A stretch of 64,000 bases of DNA from the human T2T-CHM13v2.0 reference genome, Homo sapiens, in the NCBI RefSeq assembly GCF_009914755.1, contig NC_060926.1; one strand, 5' to 3'. Below, one piece after another: positions 12,675-29,109 of the stretch. Each line of letters begins with the position of its first letter. Position 1 is the stretch's first letter. The notes under the pieces are model-generated. The model was not told the origin of the DNA. It ran no database searches and worked only from the letters and a program-made list of their open reading frames with translations. The translations under genes were made by a program, and so were the position numbers.

Positions 12675-13115
12675 CAGTTGACCCTTAAACAACACTCATT
12701 TGAACTGTGTGGGTGCATATATACACAGATTTTCTTCCATCTCTGCCACCCTTAAGACAGCAAGGCTAACTCCTCCTCTTCTTCCTCCTTCTCCTCAGCC
12801 TCCTCAATGTGAAGAAGACAAAGATGAAGACCTCTATGATGATCCACTTCCACTTAATGAATAGTAAATAGATTTTTCCTTCTTTATGGTTTTCTTAATA
12901 ACATTTTCTTTGCTCCAGCTGATTATAAGAATACAGTGTATAATACATACACCATACAAAATACGTGTTATTCAACTGTTTCTGTTATCAGGAAGACTTC
13001 CAGTCAACAGTAGGCTATTGGTAATTAGACTTTTAGGGAGTCAAAAGCTATACGTGGATTTTCAACTGCACAGGGGATTAGCGCCCCAACCCCTGTGTTG
13101 TTCAAGCATCAACTG
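12675..13115 (+). mobile_element. Tigger2a/MER28 non-autonomous Tc1/mariner DNA transposon
   Basis: TIRs cagttgacccttaaacaacac / gtgttgttcaagcatcaactg, flanked by TA target duplications at 12673-74 and 13116-17; 441 bp. Confidence 0.88.
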
Positions 13116-14029
13116 TAGGTAAATGACTTGAATATAAATTTCAAAAAAAAGTTGTACAATGACCATAAAGTGCATGAAAATGGTGGTTACACATTGTATA
13201 CTCTACAGTTTCCTCTCTGAACGCCTTCCTTACAAGCATGAGAGAAAAGGAGAGTGGGATGTCCTGAGTCGCTGCAGTGGGAGGGACCACGTGGCTAAGG
13301 GAAGAAATCCTACTGCTGTCGCTCCCTAGTTTTTTGGTGTATTAGCGTGACACTAAGGAGACATTCCTGTCCGTTTATCATTCCTGTAAACTGCCTCGTT
13401 GATGAGCATCTCTCATGCTTTACAGCCCCTTAGAAAGCAGATACAGAGCCAACACCTAGCCTCCAATATGGGACAGTGTTTGCCACCATGTAGGCTTTGA
13501 TACAGTAAAAGCTGGCATGGCAGCAACTGAAATGAATAGCATAAGGCTAACCTGGAGGTTCTCAACCAAGTAGAAATTAAATTTTGTAAAGCCTTGATAC
13601 TAAATATAAAATATCTGTATCAAAGTTCTTTCAAACGCATTCATTTTGTGATGATAAAATGGAGACCCAGGGAAGCTAGGAGCTTAGCTAAGATCACAGA
13701 GCTGCTCGGATCCTGTGATATCAGCACGTCTTTACATTACTCTGGTCGGCTTAGGTGCCTGCAGGCTTTTCCATCACACCTGTGTGAGGAGTGCACAGAA
13801 GCACAGAAGGTGCCATACCTTGGCAACCCATGTCATGTGAGGAAGAATCCAAATAATGCAAATATCTCTACCTGATGCCAATTATTACAGTGAGGTGGGC
13901 CGAGCAAAGAAATTGTGGGTTTAATTTTCAATGAGACATGAAAGCATTTCCAGAAGGGTTCCTGTGGCAGAGGGAGGGTGATTGGGATGGCACAGTAGGG
14001 TGCTTACGGAAAGAAAAAAGTTGTTTCTA

Positions 14030-14449
<420 letters not shown>

Positions 14450-17184
14450 TCAACTAGGATAACTCAAGGTCAAAACTGCATCGTGTGACTCCACTTTCTG
14501 CAACAGTGATAAAGGCGTCCAAAGCATTTCAAACCAGAGACACGCCTCCATCCCAGCTGGCTCTGTGACACCTTTAATTTGTAGGTCAGGGCTCGTGGTA
14601 GAGCCATAGGGTCTCTGCGGGTCCTTAATACCCTTCTTCTCCCCCTCTCCACATCAGTATTTCCCCTGAAATCATAATTTTAAAGAGCATTCCTGCAATA
14701 GCTTACCTCTGGCTTTTTTTTTTTTTTTTTGAGTGCTTTCTCTGCTTGTCGGCAGCAGCATTAAATTCTTTGAAAGCTTGGGAAGAGGAATGTGGAGACA
14801 TAGACGATAAGGTTGACTAAGTGTTTATTTCCTTGCACCCCTCTTGCCTACCATTTAGTGATTCTTGTGAGATCAAGGGAGGATGGAGATGCAGGCAGCA
14901 GCAGCCTGAACTTCTTTCTCCTGCCCTGGTTTCTAGCTGTCAGTAGCGGCAGAGTTAACCTGACGCTTGATAATGAAGTGACTTGAATTACTGGAGTCAT
15001 TCAGAGGTTCATGCCGTGTTCTCCACCACACTGTCAATTTCCTTAGTGCCCAGAAGGGGCCTCAGGTGTGGGTATTCTCCATTGCAGAGAACACAAGCAG
15101 AGCAGGTATTGGGCACAAAGCAACTAAAAAGTGAACGGGATTAAATTCTGGAAAGTGCTGTGATCAAATCATTTACTATCACGTTAGTTTGCGTTCTGTC
15201 ACTTAATGGGCTCTTTTTGATACTCTGTAAATGTCAGTATGATGATTATGCTTTTCTTTTTTCTTGTATAATTGAAAAGATACAGAAAATTTAAGTGATG
15301 ATTAGACACCTAATTTTTATGGTTACCTACCATTCTCCACATAAACTTGGAAAATAGTTTTGAGCAAATTCTCTTTACCACGTAACTCAATGAGCATGCC
15401 TTTTTTGTGGTTAGTAGGGGCTGCGGCAATCTAATGGGATAAAGGAGAGACTCTTTTTCCACAACAGGAGAGAGATGCCATTCATTTGCCCTGCGTTGGA
15501 CACCTGGGTATGGAAGGCTGCTCTGTGGTAGCCCTGGCTGGGAGCTAGTGTGGGGGTCCGTGGGAGTGGGGACTGTGGCGGGGAGTGACACAAATGTGGA
15601 AAAGACTCAGGATTTGCTGTGGAGAGTTCAGGCCAGGGGAGGAGCTGAACCTGAGTTGCCATAATGAGAACGGGAGGCAAGCAGTGAGAAGGTCCAGGAG
15701 AGCCACAGGGAGTTCAGAGAAGAAACTGCTCCCCGCGGAGGACTCAGGCTGGACTTCCAGGAGGAGGTGGCATCTGGGCCAGCCTCTGAGGAATGGGCAG
15801 AATGGTAGCATGCGGTGAGGGGGGTGTGTGGGCAGGCTTCATGTGGGGCCGGGAAGCCAGGCTGGCACAGGGAGGGGTGAGGAGCCAGCGGTCAGGGGCC
15901 CTGAAAGGTGGTCGGGGACTGCAGGTGCCAGGCGGGTGCTGGCTGAAGCCAGGGGGCCGGGAGAGGTTTCTGGGAGTGGTAGAGGAAGGAGAGAACAGTG
16001 CTGAGGACAGAGCCTTGGGTTGGGAGGGGGCAGCAGGAGGCAGAGGAGCAAGGGCAGGTGAGTGGACCCGGGAGAGTGTGTGGCAGTGACACAGGCAGTG
16101 GCCTTCCAGAGAAAGGGGGTGGTCACCAAGGTCACCCAGAGAGGTGAAAAGGTTGGTCCAGGGAGGCCTCTTCAACGGGGGCCTGGCTGACCTCAGGGAG
16201 GACAAAGGTGGACAGAGGGCCCAGGAGCTGACAGGACACACATGTGCCAGTGTCCACAGCTCTTCCTGCCCCTCTCGTAGAGTTACCAAGAGACACAGTA
16301 TGGTTCCAGTTTTCGCACCTGAGCCCTGTTCAACTTTCCGAGAATTAAGAGATAACAAGGAGGCCAGTGTTCTCTGTCCTCAACCCAGTTTAGCCCCTTC
16401 CTAGCCCTGTGACTCCAAGGAAGTGCCCCTGTATCTTGGAACAGCTTACGAATCACTAAAAGCTGGACCACGTCCACCTGGAGGGGTCTGGCAGGAGATG
16501 AAACAGTGGACACGGTTTCTGCTCTGTGAGCGTGCCCCCACCCTTCACTTCTCCCTGATCTCTACGTGGCAGTAATACCTCCAGGAGGGTGGGTGGATGC
16601 TGACCAGATACTTCCTGGGCTTCCTCTTCTCTAACAAGGTGGTTTCGGAGTCTAAGCCCTAGCCCCAGGCTGCAGCCGGTGTCTCCTGGCCAAGTATGTA
16701 AGCGGCCAGGAGATGTTCTCAAGGTCCTCTGCTGAGTGGCCAGGTTTTTAGTCTGGGCAGCCGCCACCATCAAGGTGATCTAAACAACTGGAGCCCCCAG
16801 ACATTCCTTTTTATGACAGGATGTTATTTTAATGTATGAAATGTAAATCAGCCTCCCAAAAGCTTAACTGTGCACACAATTCATCTGCCTAACGTTTCTA
16901 TGCATTCCAAACACTTGGCACACATGCCCTGTCATGAGAACAAATGCCCCAGCCAGCTCTGCTCTCCGGAGGACCTCATAGCCCTTTTGGACAGTAGGTT
17001 CCTCAGTGAGAAAGGGAGGGTGTGGGTGGGGTGCTTCCTGAGGGCCCTTCTGTGGTGTGTTCAAAGCCAGCTTGGAAACCACAGATACCACCTTGTATCC
17101 TTTGCAGCTGTGAAATACACCAACCTCATTAGGGAGGCGTTCCCTTCCAAACTTGTTGGCTCTTGGTTCTTTCTTTCTCTTTTA

Positions 17185-17536
17185 TTCCCTCCCTCCCTCC
17201 CTCTCCCTCTCCCTCCCTCCTTCCTCCTCCTCTCTCTCTTTCTCTCTCTCTCTCTTTCTCTCTTTCTTTCGATGGAGTTTCACTCTTGTCGCCCAGGCTG
17301 GAGTGCAATGGCGTGATCCCGGGTTCCAGCAATTTTCCAGCCTCAGCCTCCTGAGTAGCTGGGATTACAGGCACCTGCCACCACACCCGGCTATTTTTTT
17401 TTTTTTTTTTGTATTTTTAGCAGAGATGGGGTTTCACCATGTTGGCCAGGCTGCTCTCGAACTCGACCTCAGGTGATCTGCCCACACTGGCTTCCCAAAG
17501 TGCTGGGATTACATGCGTGAGCCACTATGCCTGGCT
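17185..17536 (-). mobile_element. AluS with CT-rich expanded tail and about 24-bp internal deletion
   Basis: Alu body about 17266-17536; gcgtgatc|ccgggttc lacks tcggctcactgcaacctccgcctc; (CT)-rich tail 17185-17265. Confidence 0.92.
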
Positions 17537-18610
17537 CACTGGTGCTTTCTGTCTTACTGCCTTCCATGATGCTTCATGGAAGTGTGAGGTCTCCTCTATT
17601 TTATTTCCATTGACACTTATACATTTATTCTGTTGACCACAAATTATGTTGCCCCTCAAATATGATATATTTGTTATATATAATATAAATTATGTGCTAT
17701 TATATATTATATAAAACATATATATTATATATATATAAATGTATATTAACCCCAAATTCCATTTACTACTTCTGACATCAATTTAGAAGAGGAATTAACT
17801 ATTTCTTGCCAATAGGCAAGTTCTGAAGTCTTAAGTTCTGAAGTCAAAGTGGAACAATAAGGGTTTGAACTACTCCCATCTCATTTTAAAGCAAATTAAA
17901 AACCCAGAAGGTAATTTCTATTTGAGAGTTGTTGTCAGAACTGAAACTCCTGGCTGGAGTTGCCATCCCTGCCCCTGGTGATTCAGGTCATACACATATC
18001 AAAGCCATAAAGAAAAAAAAAAAGAAAAAAGCGAACGTGAGCCGCAGATATCTGTGCTGTGGAGAGCCCATCTTTCCTGCATCGCCTGCACACCACAGAG
18101 CTCTAGTGTGTCTGTCTGAAAAAAGTCACAATTGAACCTCATTTAGCAGTGAGAGTAGACGTCGGTGAAAACTGGCAGGGCCTTAAAGGTGATCCTTTAG
18201 ATCCATGAAACACACTTGCACTGACTCCTGAAAGGCTGCCTCTGTTTAGGACCTAGTAATAGGAGCCTGTGGGTAAAAGGCAAGTGGTAGCCCTAGCCCG
18301 TTCTCTAATTTGATTAATCGTAATTGCAGGTACTTGCTTTGCCTATTATCTCCCCAGCTCATTGCCTGTATGTCCTTCAGCCCAGCACTGCTAAGCAGGC
18401 ACGCAGAGAGGGTGCAGAAGTGCTCTCCCTGGTAGTACTTTGTGTGCTGGTGGGTGCACTATCAAAATGAAACTGTGCCCACTCAGAATTCTCAGTAGGA
18501 AAAGTTAAGGAGCACTGTACTTTTGATGACAAACAGGAACACACTGTCCAAACCAGCAAGCGGTGCAAGCTGCTTTGGAAAAGGCACATCCGCGCACGCC
18601 GAGTCTTTAC

Positions 18611-18718
18611 CTAATGGCCAGATTCCGTACAATGTGATGAGCTGTCTGACATCCAGGAGGGAGGGCATGGGTTCTATGGACACCTGGCGAAGAGTAGTCC
18701 CCAGGTAGCTGTACTCAC
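18611..18718 (-). CDS. IQCA1: IQCA1 coding exon (108 nt): (G)[35 protein letters not shown](G)
   Basis: ttttctctccAG acceptor (18719-20), GTAAAG donor (18609-10), phase 1 to 1, in frame with both neighbours. Confidence 0.95.
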
Positions 18719-20374
18719 CTGGAGAGAAAAGAAACAGAGGAACAATAAATGGAAAACAGCGCTGGTCTGAGCTGCATAATTTTGGCATCTGCAAAACGAT
18801 CGGAGAATACAAATTGAACATTTCAGAGCAAAGAGAATCCTATTAGGAGAGTCATTATGAAGAACACATCTTTTCTCAGATAAAGGTTTGAAGAAAAGCT
18901 ATCCAGGCAAGAAAGCCCTGCTCTACTAGCTAGAGTAAACTGGGAATGATGTTGACTATTATATTAGCCTCCTAATACTTTCTAAAACAACATTTGAATA
19001 TAGAGTTATGTGAAATGGGACAAAGTGCTAAAAAGAAGGACACACAAAAAAGGCTGAAATATAGGGGGCTCTGCTTTATTTATATTCCAATAGATTATGT
19101 ATAACATTTGTGCAAACTTTATAAATAAGTTATTTAAGATCGATGTAGAATTTGTATTGGAGCAGTGTAAATCTGAGTGTAAAATGCAGTCATTTGAAAG
19201 GAAGGGTATGAGTCTAATTTAGGATAAATAGAAACATCTCCTTTTGAGGGTAATATTCATTTACATTTTTATCATTTTTAAGAGAGTACCAAAGGAATAA
19301 TGCAGAAATAAATCTTTACAGGTTTAATTAGAAGATATCAAAGGGCTTAATTGTAACTAGTCATAAATCTGAAGTGTTATTTTCTAACTAATTTAGATAA
19401 GGTCACCAAGAAAATTAGTTTGGCTGTCTCCATTTGTCATGAGGACGGACCTTTATAGGTTCATATGATTCTCTCTTGATCTGTATCTGAATCTGGAGTA
19501 AAAATATTCAATGAACGAATCACCATGTCTGGATTTTTTTCCCTGATGCTTTCTTCCTATAGCGAGTCCTGGTCCTGCAGAGCTTCGGATGCTACATGTG
19601 TACGGCAAGTACAATATGCACATTTATGTGTGTAGGAAACACTGAAAGTATCCCAAGCTTTTAAGTATTTTCAAATGCTAAGAAAATCAGAGTTAAAATT
19701 CAGACAGTGACCGCTGTTTTGTTGTGGGGCAGGGGGCAGCCTTTCAGAGCCTCCACATGAACAAAACGTCCTTGGCAAGGACAATGGGTATTGGTTGGGA
19801 GAATGAGTGATAATGAAAGCATCTATTATGGCTTCAGATACCACACTTTTTAATGAGCAGGTAATAAATAGAAGAGTGGTTAATTTAGCCTCCACTAGAA
19901 TAGAAAGAGATCCTGTAACAACTGTTAAATCCAGCGCTCATTGCCAGTAAACATGACATTCAAGGTGACAGGAAAGTGACCCCAATTTTCCTGCTTATCT
20001 AAACCCATATTAATCTCCAGATGCACCATATTTTCTAGAACATAACAGATCTTGTTTAAACAAATTATATTCAGTTGAATTAGTGGGTGTTGGTTCTAAC
20101 AGAGGCAAGGACACAAGTAGCCCCGGCTGCCTGCCAAGGTCTGAGACTCGCACTGAAAGCACATTCCTGTGTTTGCAGTGGCCCCACACAGAAGCCATGC
20201 CCCTTCCCATCCGTGCATTCGGAGCTCGGAAAGTCCAGCATTCCCGGCACAGACATCAGATCTTCCACAGGGGAGGGAAGAAGAAAGTGGCAGACGAAAA
20301 GGCATTTAGGATAGAGGGCGTGAAAATGCCAGGAAACCCAGATCAAGAGGGCAGAAAACCAAACAGCGGCTGCA

Positions 20375-20670
20375 CGACAGGTGGAATCGAATCCCCTTGC
20401 AATTCTAAGTGGAAGTCCTAATCCCCAGCATCTCAGAACGCGACCTTATTTGGAAATAGGGTTGTCGCAGATAGATTTCATTAAGATGAGGTCATTAGAG
20501 TGGACCCTAAATCCAACAGGACTGGTGTCCTTATAAAAAAGGAGAAATTTGGACACAGAGACAGACATGCACAGAGGCAGAACACCACGTGAAGATAAAA
20601 GCAGAGAGGGAGGTGATGGTTTTACACCAAGCATCACCGAAGATCGCCAGCCACACGCCAGGGGCAGCTG
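20375..20670 (+). mobile_element. MLT1 (MLT1B/C-like) MaLR LTR fragment
   Basis: gaagtcctaatcccc...gaccttatttggaaatagggt...attaagatgaggtcattagagtggaccctaaatccaa...gactggtgtccttataaaaa. Confidence 0.8.
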
Positions 20671-22475
20671 AATGCCGTGCAGGTGCAGCCTGGGGTGCTC
20701 CATCCAGCCACTTGCTTAATGTTTACAGCGATTTAGTGAGGCATTTGCTGTAATTACCTCATCCCATAGTAGTGGAAACTGAGGCACAGAAAGAGTAAGT
20801 AAAAGCCTGGCATCTTGGAGGGAGGCAGCCTCAGAAAGACGAGAGGAAGGAGAGATTCCTTGAGCCTGGGAGGAGAGACCGGTCAGTGGTCCCTGAGCAG
20901 CGGGCATCCAGCCCCAGGCCCTGGAGGTCTGGGGGGCCTTCATGGGCACCGGCCCCCAGAATTTCTCTGCAGCACCCTGGTGCTTCCTGGGAACTGGGGG
21001 CCTTGAGGATACCTAGGGCAGGGGTGGGGACTGGCAAGAAGGACTGAGTTTAAATCACCTTGGTAGTATAGGGGTTGTGAAGCCAAATTAAAGTGATATA
21101 AAGAAAATAAGGAACTTGCTATTTCTTGCACACCTGAGATTGTGGCAGGTGCTTGCTGCTGGGCACAGGGCCAGTTCTGGAGCAGGGTGGCCATGCAGGG
21201 GTGCAGCAAGCAGTGGGGTGGGTGGTGGGGGTGGGCTGGTGGGAGCCGAGGGCTGGGCCTGGAGGAAGGTGTTGTCCCCAGCTCTGCAGTGCAGGCTTCG
21301 CATCCTCTGGCTCTGTTCCTCCCCTTGTCTCCTGTAGCTCTTATCTGCTGTGATTCTAATGACTGTTGAGATTCTAATGACTGTTGGGAGTTCAATGGTG
21401 TTGAGGACAGAGTGGGATTACAAATCTCAAGACTAAAAAAAGCAACTTCGTGTCCAGCGGCTGAGCACGCTGGATCTGTGTAGAGCATTCCTGGCCTGGT
21501 GGAGACATCCATCCGGGCAACCACATTCTGCGTCCGGGGATCCCTGCTCCTGCCCTGCCTGGATGAAGGGCTGGGGAGGAACAGCCCACATCCACCCTCT
21601 CTCATCTTCTAGAAGCAGGAGAAATAAACGGCTCTGGGCACTCAGGCTTTGCAGTGCTGGCCTCTGGAGCAACGGAATAGGCAACAGAGGAACCCTCTGG
21701 GCCATGCCTCTGTTGTCAAGGTGTTAAAAAGGAACCAAGATAATAAATTCAAAACCAGGGAACCCAAGGGTGAGTGAGGGTGCCTGGGTCCTCATCTCGT
21801 TAATGCTCTTCTTAGACAAGATGACGAGGCATGACTTATCTGGGTGCTGAGAGCAGTGTGCTTTCCAGAGGCAGGGGGGCATTCCCAAGCCCCCTGAGTT
21901 TATGTGATCAGGAAGAAGCTCCCAGCTGTGCAAGAGCCCAGTACCCCTAAGGTAGGAAGTCTGCAATGCCGTGTTGTCAGCGCACACCGCTCTTATGCAT
22001 TGCACTCTCTCTCCTGAAGCCCTCACCTTGTCCTGGTTTTATGGGTATATAGAGAATGCTCACTACCAATCCTCGTGCCAAGGTGTCTCACGTCATTTTT
22101 GATTGTCAGTAGGTCATTCTTAGCAGATTCTTCAGGAAGGGCTCAGGGGGAAAACTGCTGAGTTCTTTCATGTTTATCAGTTTGTGTCCCATGTACTTGA
22201 AAATAAACTTGGCTGGGTACAAAATCCTAGGATCCTGCTTCCTTTCCCTGAGCATCTTATGTATGTCACTCCATTTACTTCTGGTGTAAAGCATTGCTGT
22301 GGAAAAGTCTGAGGGTAATCTAATTTTCTTTCCTTTCCAAGTCATATGATCTCTTTTACACAGATACCCAAAGGCACTTTTATTAGAATGTCTTCTTGAT
22401 CAATCTGAGTCAATATTCTCAGATAGACAGTGTGGTCTTTCGTTATGTGGTTTTAATGTTTTTTAAACGTCTAAA

Positions 22476-22991
<516 letters not shown>

Positions 22992-23041
22992 CTAAAAGAA
23001 ATGTTCATGAATTAAAATTATATATATTTATAAAATTAAAA

Positions 23042-23328
23042 TTTGAGACAAGGTCCTGCTCTTTCACCCAGGCTGGAATGCAGTGGTGTGATCTTGACTC
23101 ACTGCAACCTTGAATTCCTAGGCTCAAGCGCTCCTCCTGCCTCAGCCTGCTAAGTAGCTGGGACTACAGGTGTGTGTCACCATGCCTAGCTACTTTTTAT
23201 TTTTTATTTTGTAGAAAAAGGGTCTTGCTATGTTGCTAGGCTGATCTCAAATACTTGGTCTCAAGAGATCCTCCTGCCTCCGCCTCCCAGAGTGCTGAGA
23301 TTACACGTGTGAGCCACTGTGGCCGGCC
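23042..23328 (-). mobile_element. AluJ
   Basis: Complete dimer with J-type features (ctaggctcaagcgctcctcctgcc; ggtcttgctatgttgc). Confidence 0.9.
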
Positions 23329-23675
23329 AAAATTCTTTGCATTTTTTCTGTTCCTTTGCTTTGATTTTTTTCTTTAGGGACTCGTATTATCTGTATGTTG
23401 GATTTTCTTTGTCTGTCGTCAATATTTGATATGCTCTTTGAATTCTTTTAATATCCTTAATTTCTAATTTTACTTTAAAAATTTGCCTTTTTGCCTTTTA
23501 TTTCTAAAGCATTACTATTTTTATTTGCTCTTGTATTCATTATAATTTATTTTTTTCTAAAACATTTTCCCCTTTATTTATATTTATTGAGATTTGTCAC
23601 CTCATTTCTGGGTTTTACTCTTTCTATTTTATGCTGTTCTCACACGTCTTCTATAATTCTTTAATGTATATTAAC

Positions 23676-23967
23676 TTTTTTTTTTTTTTTTGCGACGGAG
23701 TCCCGCTCTGACCCCCAGGCTGCAGTGCATTGGCACAATCTTGGCTCACGCAACCTCCCTGGCTTCAAGCGATTCTCCTGCCTCAACCTCCTGAGTAGCT
23801 GGGATTACAGGTGTGTGCCATCACACCTGGCTAACTTTTGTAATTTTTGCAGAGATGGTGTTCCTCCATGTTGGCCAGGCTGGTCTGGAACTCCTGACCT
23901 CCAATGATCCGCCCACCTCAGTCTCCCAAAGTGCTGGAACTACAGGCATGAACCACCGCGCTTGACC
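23676..23967 (-). mobile_element. AluS
   Basis: Complete dimer with poly(T); TSD tgtatattaac on both sides. Confidence 0.93.
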
Positions 23968-24843
23968 TCTTACTGTATATTAACCTGTTTTGAAATAGGT
24001 TTCAGTATAGACCTGCTTTGTGGAGATGTCTTTTTGGGAAGTTAATGTTTTCTTATTCTTTTTTTCTTATGATAATTTTGCATGGGCATTGACCTTGAAC
24101 TTTTCCATTGCTCAAATTTATATGAGTGAATAGTCCAATACTTTTAGAAGGAAGTGTGGCGCAGGATAGCTTTTCCAGTTTCACAGAGCTCCCTCCTCTG
24201 TCGTCTTTATAGACGTTAAAAATGCGGTGGTTTGCTTTCTGAGATGTTCTGGCTCTGGTCCCCTCCCCTAATTTCTTCTGGGCCTTCTCTATGCTTCATC
24301 TTTACTTTTCCCATCCTGTTCAATTTTGATTTAATTCCCAAGAGTTTCTTTGTAGTATGGGCCCTGTGGAGGAAGGCACTGGGGTGGGTCACCGCCCCAG
24401 CTCCTTCACACTTTCTTATTCCGGTCCTTTACACTCATCTGCTATTGAGGTGGGCCAAACCCCTCCTAGTTTCAGCTTTGATTCTTACCTGGCCCACTGC
24501 ACATTACCTGGCCCATTGCTCTCTGGTTATTTTGGGGTCTCCTGTTCTCAGGTCCTTTGGTGTCCCTAAAGCTTGTACTTTGGGGCTCAATGGGGAAAAT
24601 TTGTCATTTAGTTTTGGTGCAAGTGTTGCCTGGGGGGTTTTGGTCTTGTTTTCTAGTTGCTCTATTTTACTATGTGGGGATTTGGGAAGATACACTGCCA
24701 TCTTTCAAGCTAAGGACCTTAACTGGGAAAAAATGAAAATATGGACAGGGGAAAAAATGAAAATATGGACAAGGTCAAAGTGTGCCAGATTTTGGTGGAT
24801 ATTTGACTACTTTGGTTAGATTGAGTCATTTTCACTTAGAGTC

Positions 24844-25610
<767 letters not shown>

Positions 25611-26139
25611 AAGTCACTCTTAAACGGCTGACTCCACCCACTTTGATCTTAGGCATCTTAAAGATGCTTCCTGGAAATTGACAGATCATTGAAAAAGTTC
25701 AGAAGGGATGAGAAATTAATAATTAGTTGAGAAGTCAGTCCGCACATAGGTAATGAGAATCTACCACATGCCAGGCACTGTACTCGGCACTAGGATCTTT
25801 TGTTCAGAAATCCAAACCATAAATAAGAGACAGTTCTGTTAAAAACAGCCATTTTAAAATATTAACAGAATTAACAAAACAGAATCAAGGTACAGGAGAA
25901 AATTCTCCAGCACTTGAAGAAGAAACACAGAAAGTAAAATAAATAGAAACCCAAAACATATCTTAATAAATATTCCAGCAAAATTCTTATGCTATTAGGA
26001 AATGTGAGGGCTCCTTTAAGCCCTCAAGAAGAAAACAAGGCTGTCTTGCAAAGGGATTAAAATAACCACCCTTTGATCAAAGGAGAATGCCAGCCTTCTT
26101 GCCCTCACAGACCAAAATTGGGTCAATGTAAATACCAGG

Positions 26140-26920
26140 ATGGATAATGATAGGGACAGACGATAATACATTGAATAAAAAAAGAATCCATGTGTCTACA
26201 CTGATAACGCAATTTTAAAAGATTCCACACTTCCTCACAGAAGAATGATATCTATTCAATGTAGAAGGAATGATAGAAAAATCTCCACTTTTACAACTGC
26301 TACAGCAATAACTGATGCAGATACAAAATCATCAGTGGGTGCTAAAACGCTGCCTGAGAGGCTGCTGGGAACAGAATCTCCACAGCCTCAAAATATCACC
26401 CCTTGGATTGATTGTTCATTAATTATAAAGGGAAAGATGATGCTTTACAGTGGAGAAATCCCGGGAACAGCACCTAAGCCACAGGATTAAACTTAACCTC
26501 ACCACTGATGGGACAAAGTGGCATTAAGTGCCCCCAGTGGGAAACACTGACAGGGAGACACCATCATTTTCCTGTCAAAATGTTTAACCTGAATCGAATA
26601 ATGAGAAAACCATGACACACATTCAATTGAGAGACAGTCTGTGCACAGCTCAGACTCTTCAAAAATGTCAGTGTTGTGAAAGATGGCGGAAGGCTGGGAA
26701 ACTGTTCCTGACGGAAGGAATTACGGGAGACAGAAGAGACACAACAATCACTTGCACCATCCTTGGCTGGATTTTGGATGGAGAAAGACAAGTATTTATA
26801 CAGGACATTATCAGGACAATTGGGAAAGCTGAAGGTTCACTGTATATTAGGTAACAGTATTGCATTTGATTTTCTGAGTGATTTTCCTTCTGTGGTTATG
26901 TAGGAGAATGTTGTCATTCA
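26140..26920 (+). mobile_element. Ancient L1MC/L1ME 3' region
   Basis: aaaatgtttaacctgaatcgaataatgagaaaac...ctcttcaaaaatgtcagtg...ggattttggatgga...aggacattatcaggacaattgg...tgtggttatgtaggagaatg; boundaries approximate. Confidence 0.7.
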
Positions 26921-27519
26921 TTGGGGGTAATTTCTTCATAAAAGTAAAACTAATAACTGCATTACGGTAGTACAGTTATGAGGAATTTTAAGCTTTAAGT
27001 GTGTTTTCAGGTCATCATGGTGTTTTTTAAAAATTTAGAGAAAACCATTAGGTGAGGCTGTGATAACAAATGTCCCCACCTCATTCCTCCCCAATATTTG
27101 TGTCTCTATTGGAAGGTATCTTTTGGAAAGAATTCCTCCAGTAAGGATTCTGTTGTGGAGGCCTTAGGTGCTGCCCCAGGTGCATTTTTTACAAGTGAAA
27201 TCATTAACAATTCCCCATTTCCTTAAATCAGATTATGCCAGAAAGAATGCACCAAGGAACCTTGCTAGTAGGTTAAAAACCTGCTTCTATTACGTTAGGG
27301 GAGAGAGCTGCAACCATTTTATTAAGAGAATCTGTTAGTCCACAGCATCCTCTTAGGTTATTTGAATCAATTCAATCCAACAAACATTTACCAGGAGCCA
27401 CCATCGGCCAGGTTTTGGCTTGAACAAAAATGTAAATAAAACATATTTCCGGCTGCTGGGATTTCAAAACACAAGAGGTGACACGTGACACATACATGTA
27501 TTATTCTCTGTGTACTCAC

Positions 27520-27602
27520 CAATGTAATCAGAGAGGTTGACTTTCAGAGCCTGGATCAGTAATCCTTCTTCCACCAGTTCCTTATACAGAGACTCGATGG
27601 TC
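27520..27602 (-). CDS. IQCA1: IQCA1 coding exon (83 nt): (R)[27 protein letters not shown](G)
   Basis: ttctccccAG acceptor (27603-04), GTGAGT donor (27518-19), phase 2 to 1; not shown in the ORF track. Confidence 0.95.
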
Positions 27603-28808
27603 CTGGGGAGAAAGCAGAGTGTCTGTTCCAGAGGCACACACACAGAAATCGGCGGTATTTCTATTAATGATCACATACGCGGAGAACTTAAACCAGATCT
27701 ATTTCAAAGTACATTTGTTCATATGCAAATAAAAGGATTTTTGAAGTGTTTCTACAATTTGGGGATAAATTAGGCTTTTTAAAAACAATACTTTCACTCA
27801 TCCATGTGTGTATCTGATGTTTCCCATTAATAAGAACGATATCTTTGGGCGTCTGGGACCAGCTCTAACTCCTGCAGTCTGCCCTTCCATCAGTCTTCAT
27901 GATGGCACAAATATGAATTAGAAATTACCCAATAATAGTAATGCAATGGACCTATAATTATATATTCGGCTAGCATCTTCAAGCTGTAGTACATCATTAA
28001 TCCTTTGTGAAATTTATGTTTCCTTTTAACCCAATTGCACAATTGTTTGAAAGAAACATCTACAAAGAACAAAGACTTATACTGAAGATAATTCTTATAT
28101 GGAAGATAAAACGTCTAAAGCAATGAGGGTGATGATTTTTTAGGAGGGTGTTATACTTTACAGAGTGTTTACAGATGTCAAAACCACTTCTCTAAAAGGA
28201 CCTTGAGCATATAGCCAGCACATTGGTAATTTATACTAATTGAGAAAAAAATGGACATAGTATCCCACATAACGGATGAAACTCCCAATGATACTTGCTG
28301 GGGTTTGGCTTGCAGAAATTAGATAGGTTAAACTCAAATATTATTCAGTATAATCCTTCGAGATGTTTTGTCTTTTCCTCTTCTTTATTCTCCCATCCTA
28401 CTCTGGTCTTTCTCTAAGTTGAGAATTGTAAATACAACTTTATTTAGACAGTTCTTCTGACTGTCCTGTGATCCAAGTTAGTGTGATTAAAAGATACCCA
28501 AGAATATCAGTTAGACCCAAGCCAAATACTATTCGGGGAAATGTTAATCCAATGACCCTAGTCTTTGGATGACTGGAGTTGTATTGCATCAAACATTTAA
28601 AGTAGTATGCCCTCTGCTGAAAGTTAAGAAATATTTAATTTAGTGGAATTTAGGATAGCAATATTTGACCCATATATATCAAGGAAGTATCAACTGTAGT
28701 GTTTTAACTTGAATACTTATTTAATATAAACAATATACGCATAAAATATTAACATAAATTTGAAGAAGATTCTCTAACAATCGAACAAATGATATTAAGA
28801 AGGTCTGA

Positions 28809-29109
28809 GGCTAGGTGTGATGGCTCACACCTGTAATCCTAGCACTTTGGGAGGCTAGGGTGGGCGGATCATTTGAAGTCAGGAGTTCAAGCCAGGCTGG
28901 CCAACATGGTGAAACCCCATCTCTAATAAAAATACAAAAAAATTAGCTGGGCCTGGTGGTGGGCAACTGTAATCCCAGCTACTCAGGAGGCTGAGGCAGG
29001 AGAATCGCTTGAACACCAGAGGCACAGGTTGCAGTGAGCTGAGATGGCGCAAGTTCTCTCCAGCCTGGGCGAAACAGCGAGACTCCGTCTCAAAAAAAAA
29101 AAAAAAAAA
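28809..29109 (+). mobile_element. AluS
   Basis: Complete dimer ending in an A-tail. Confidence 0.93.
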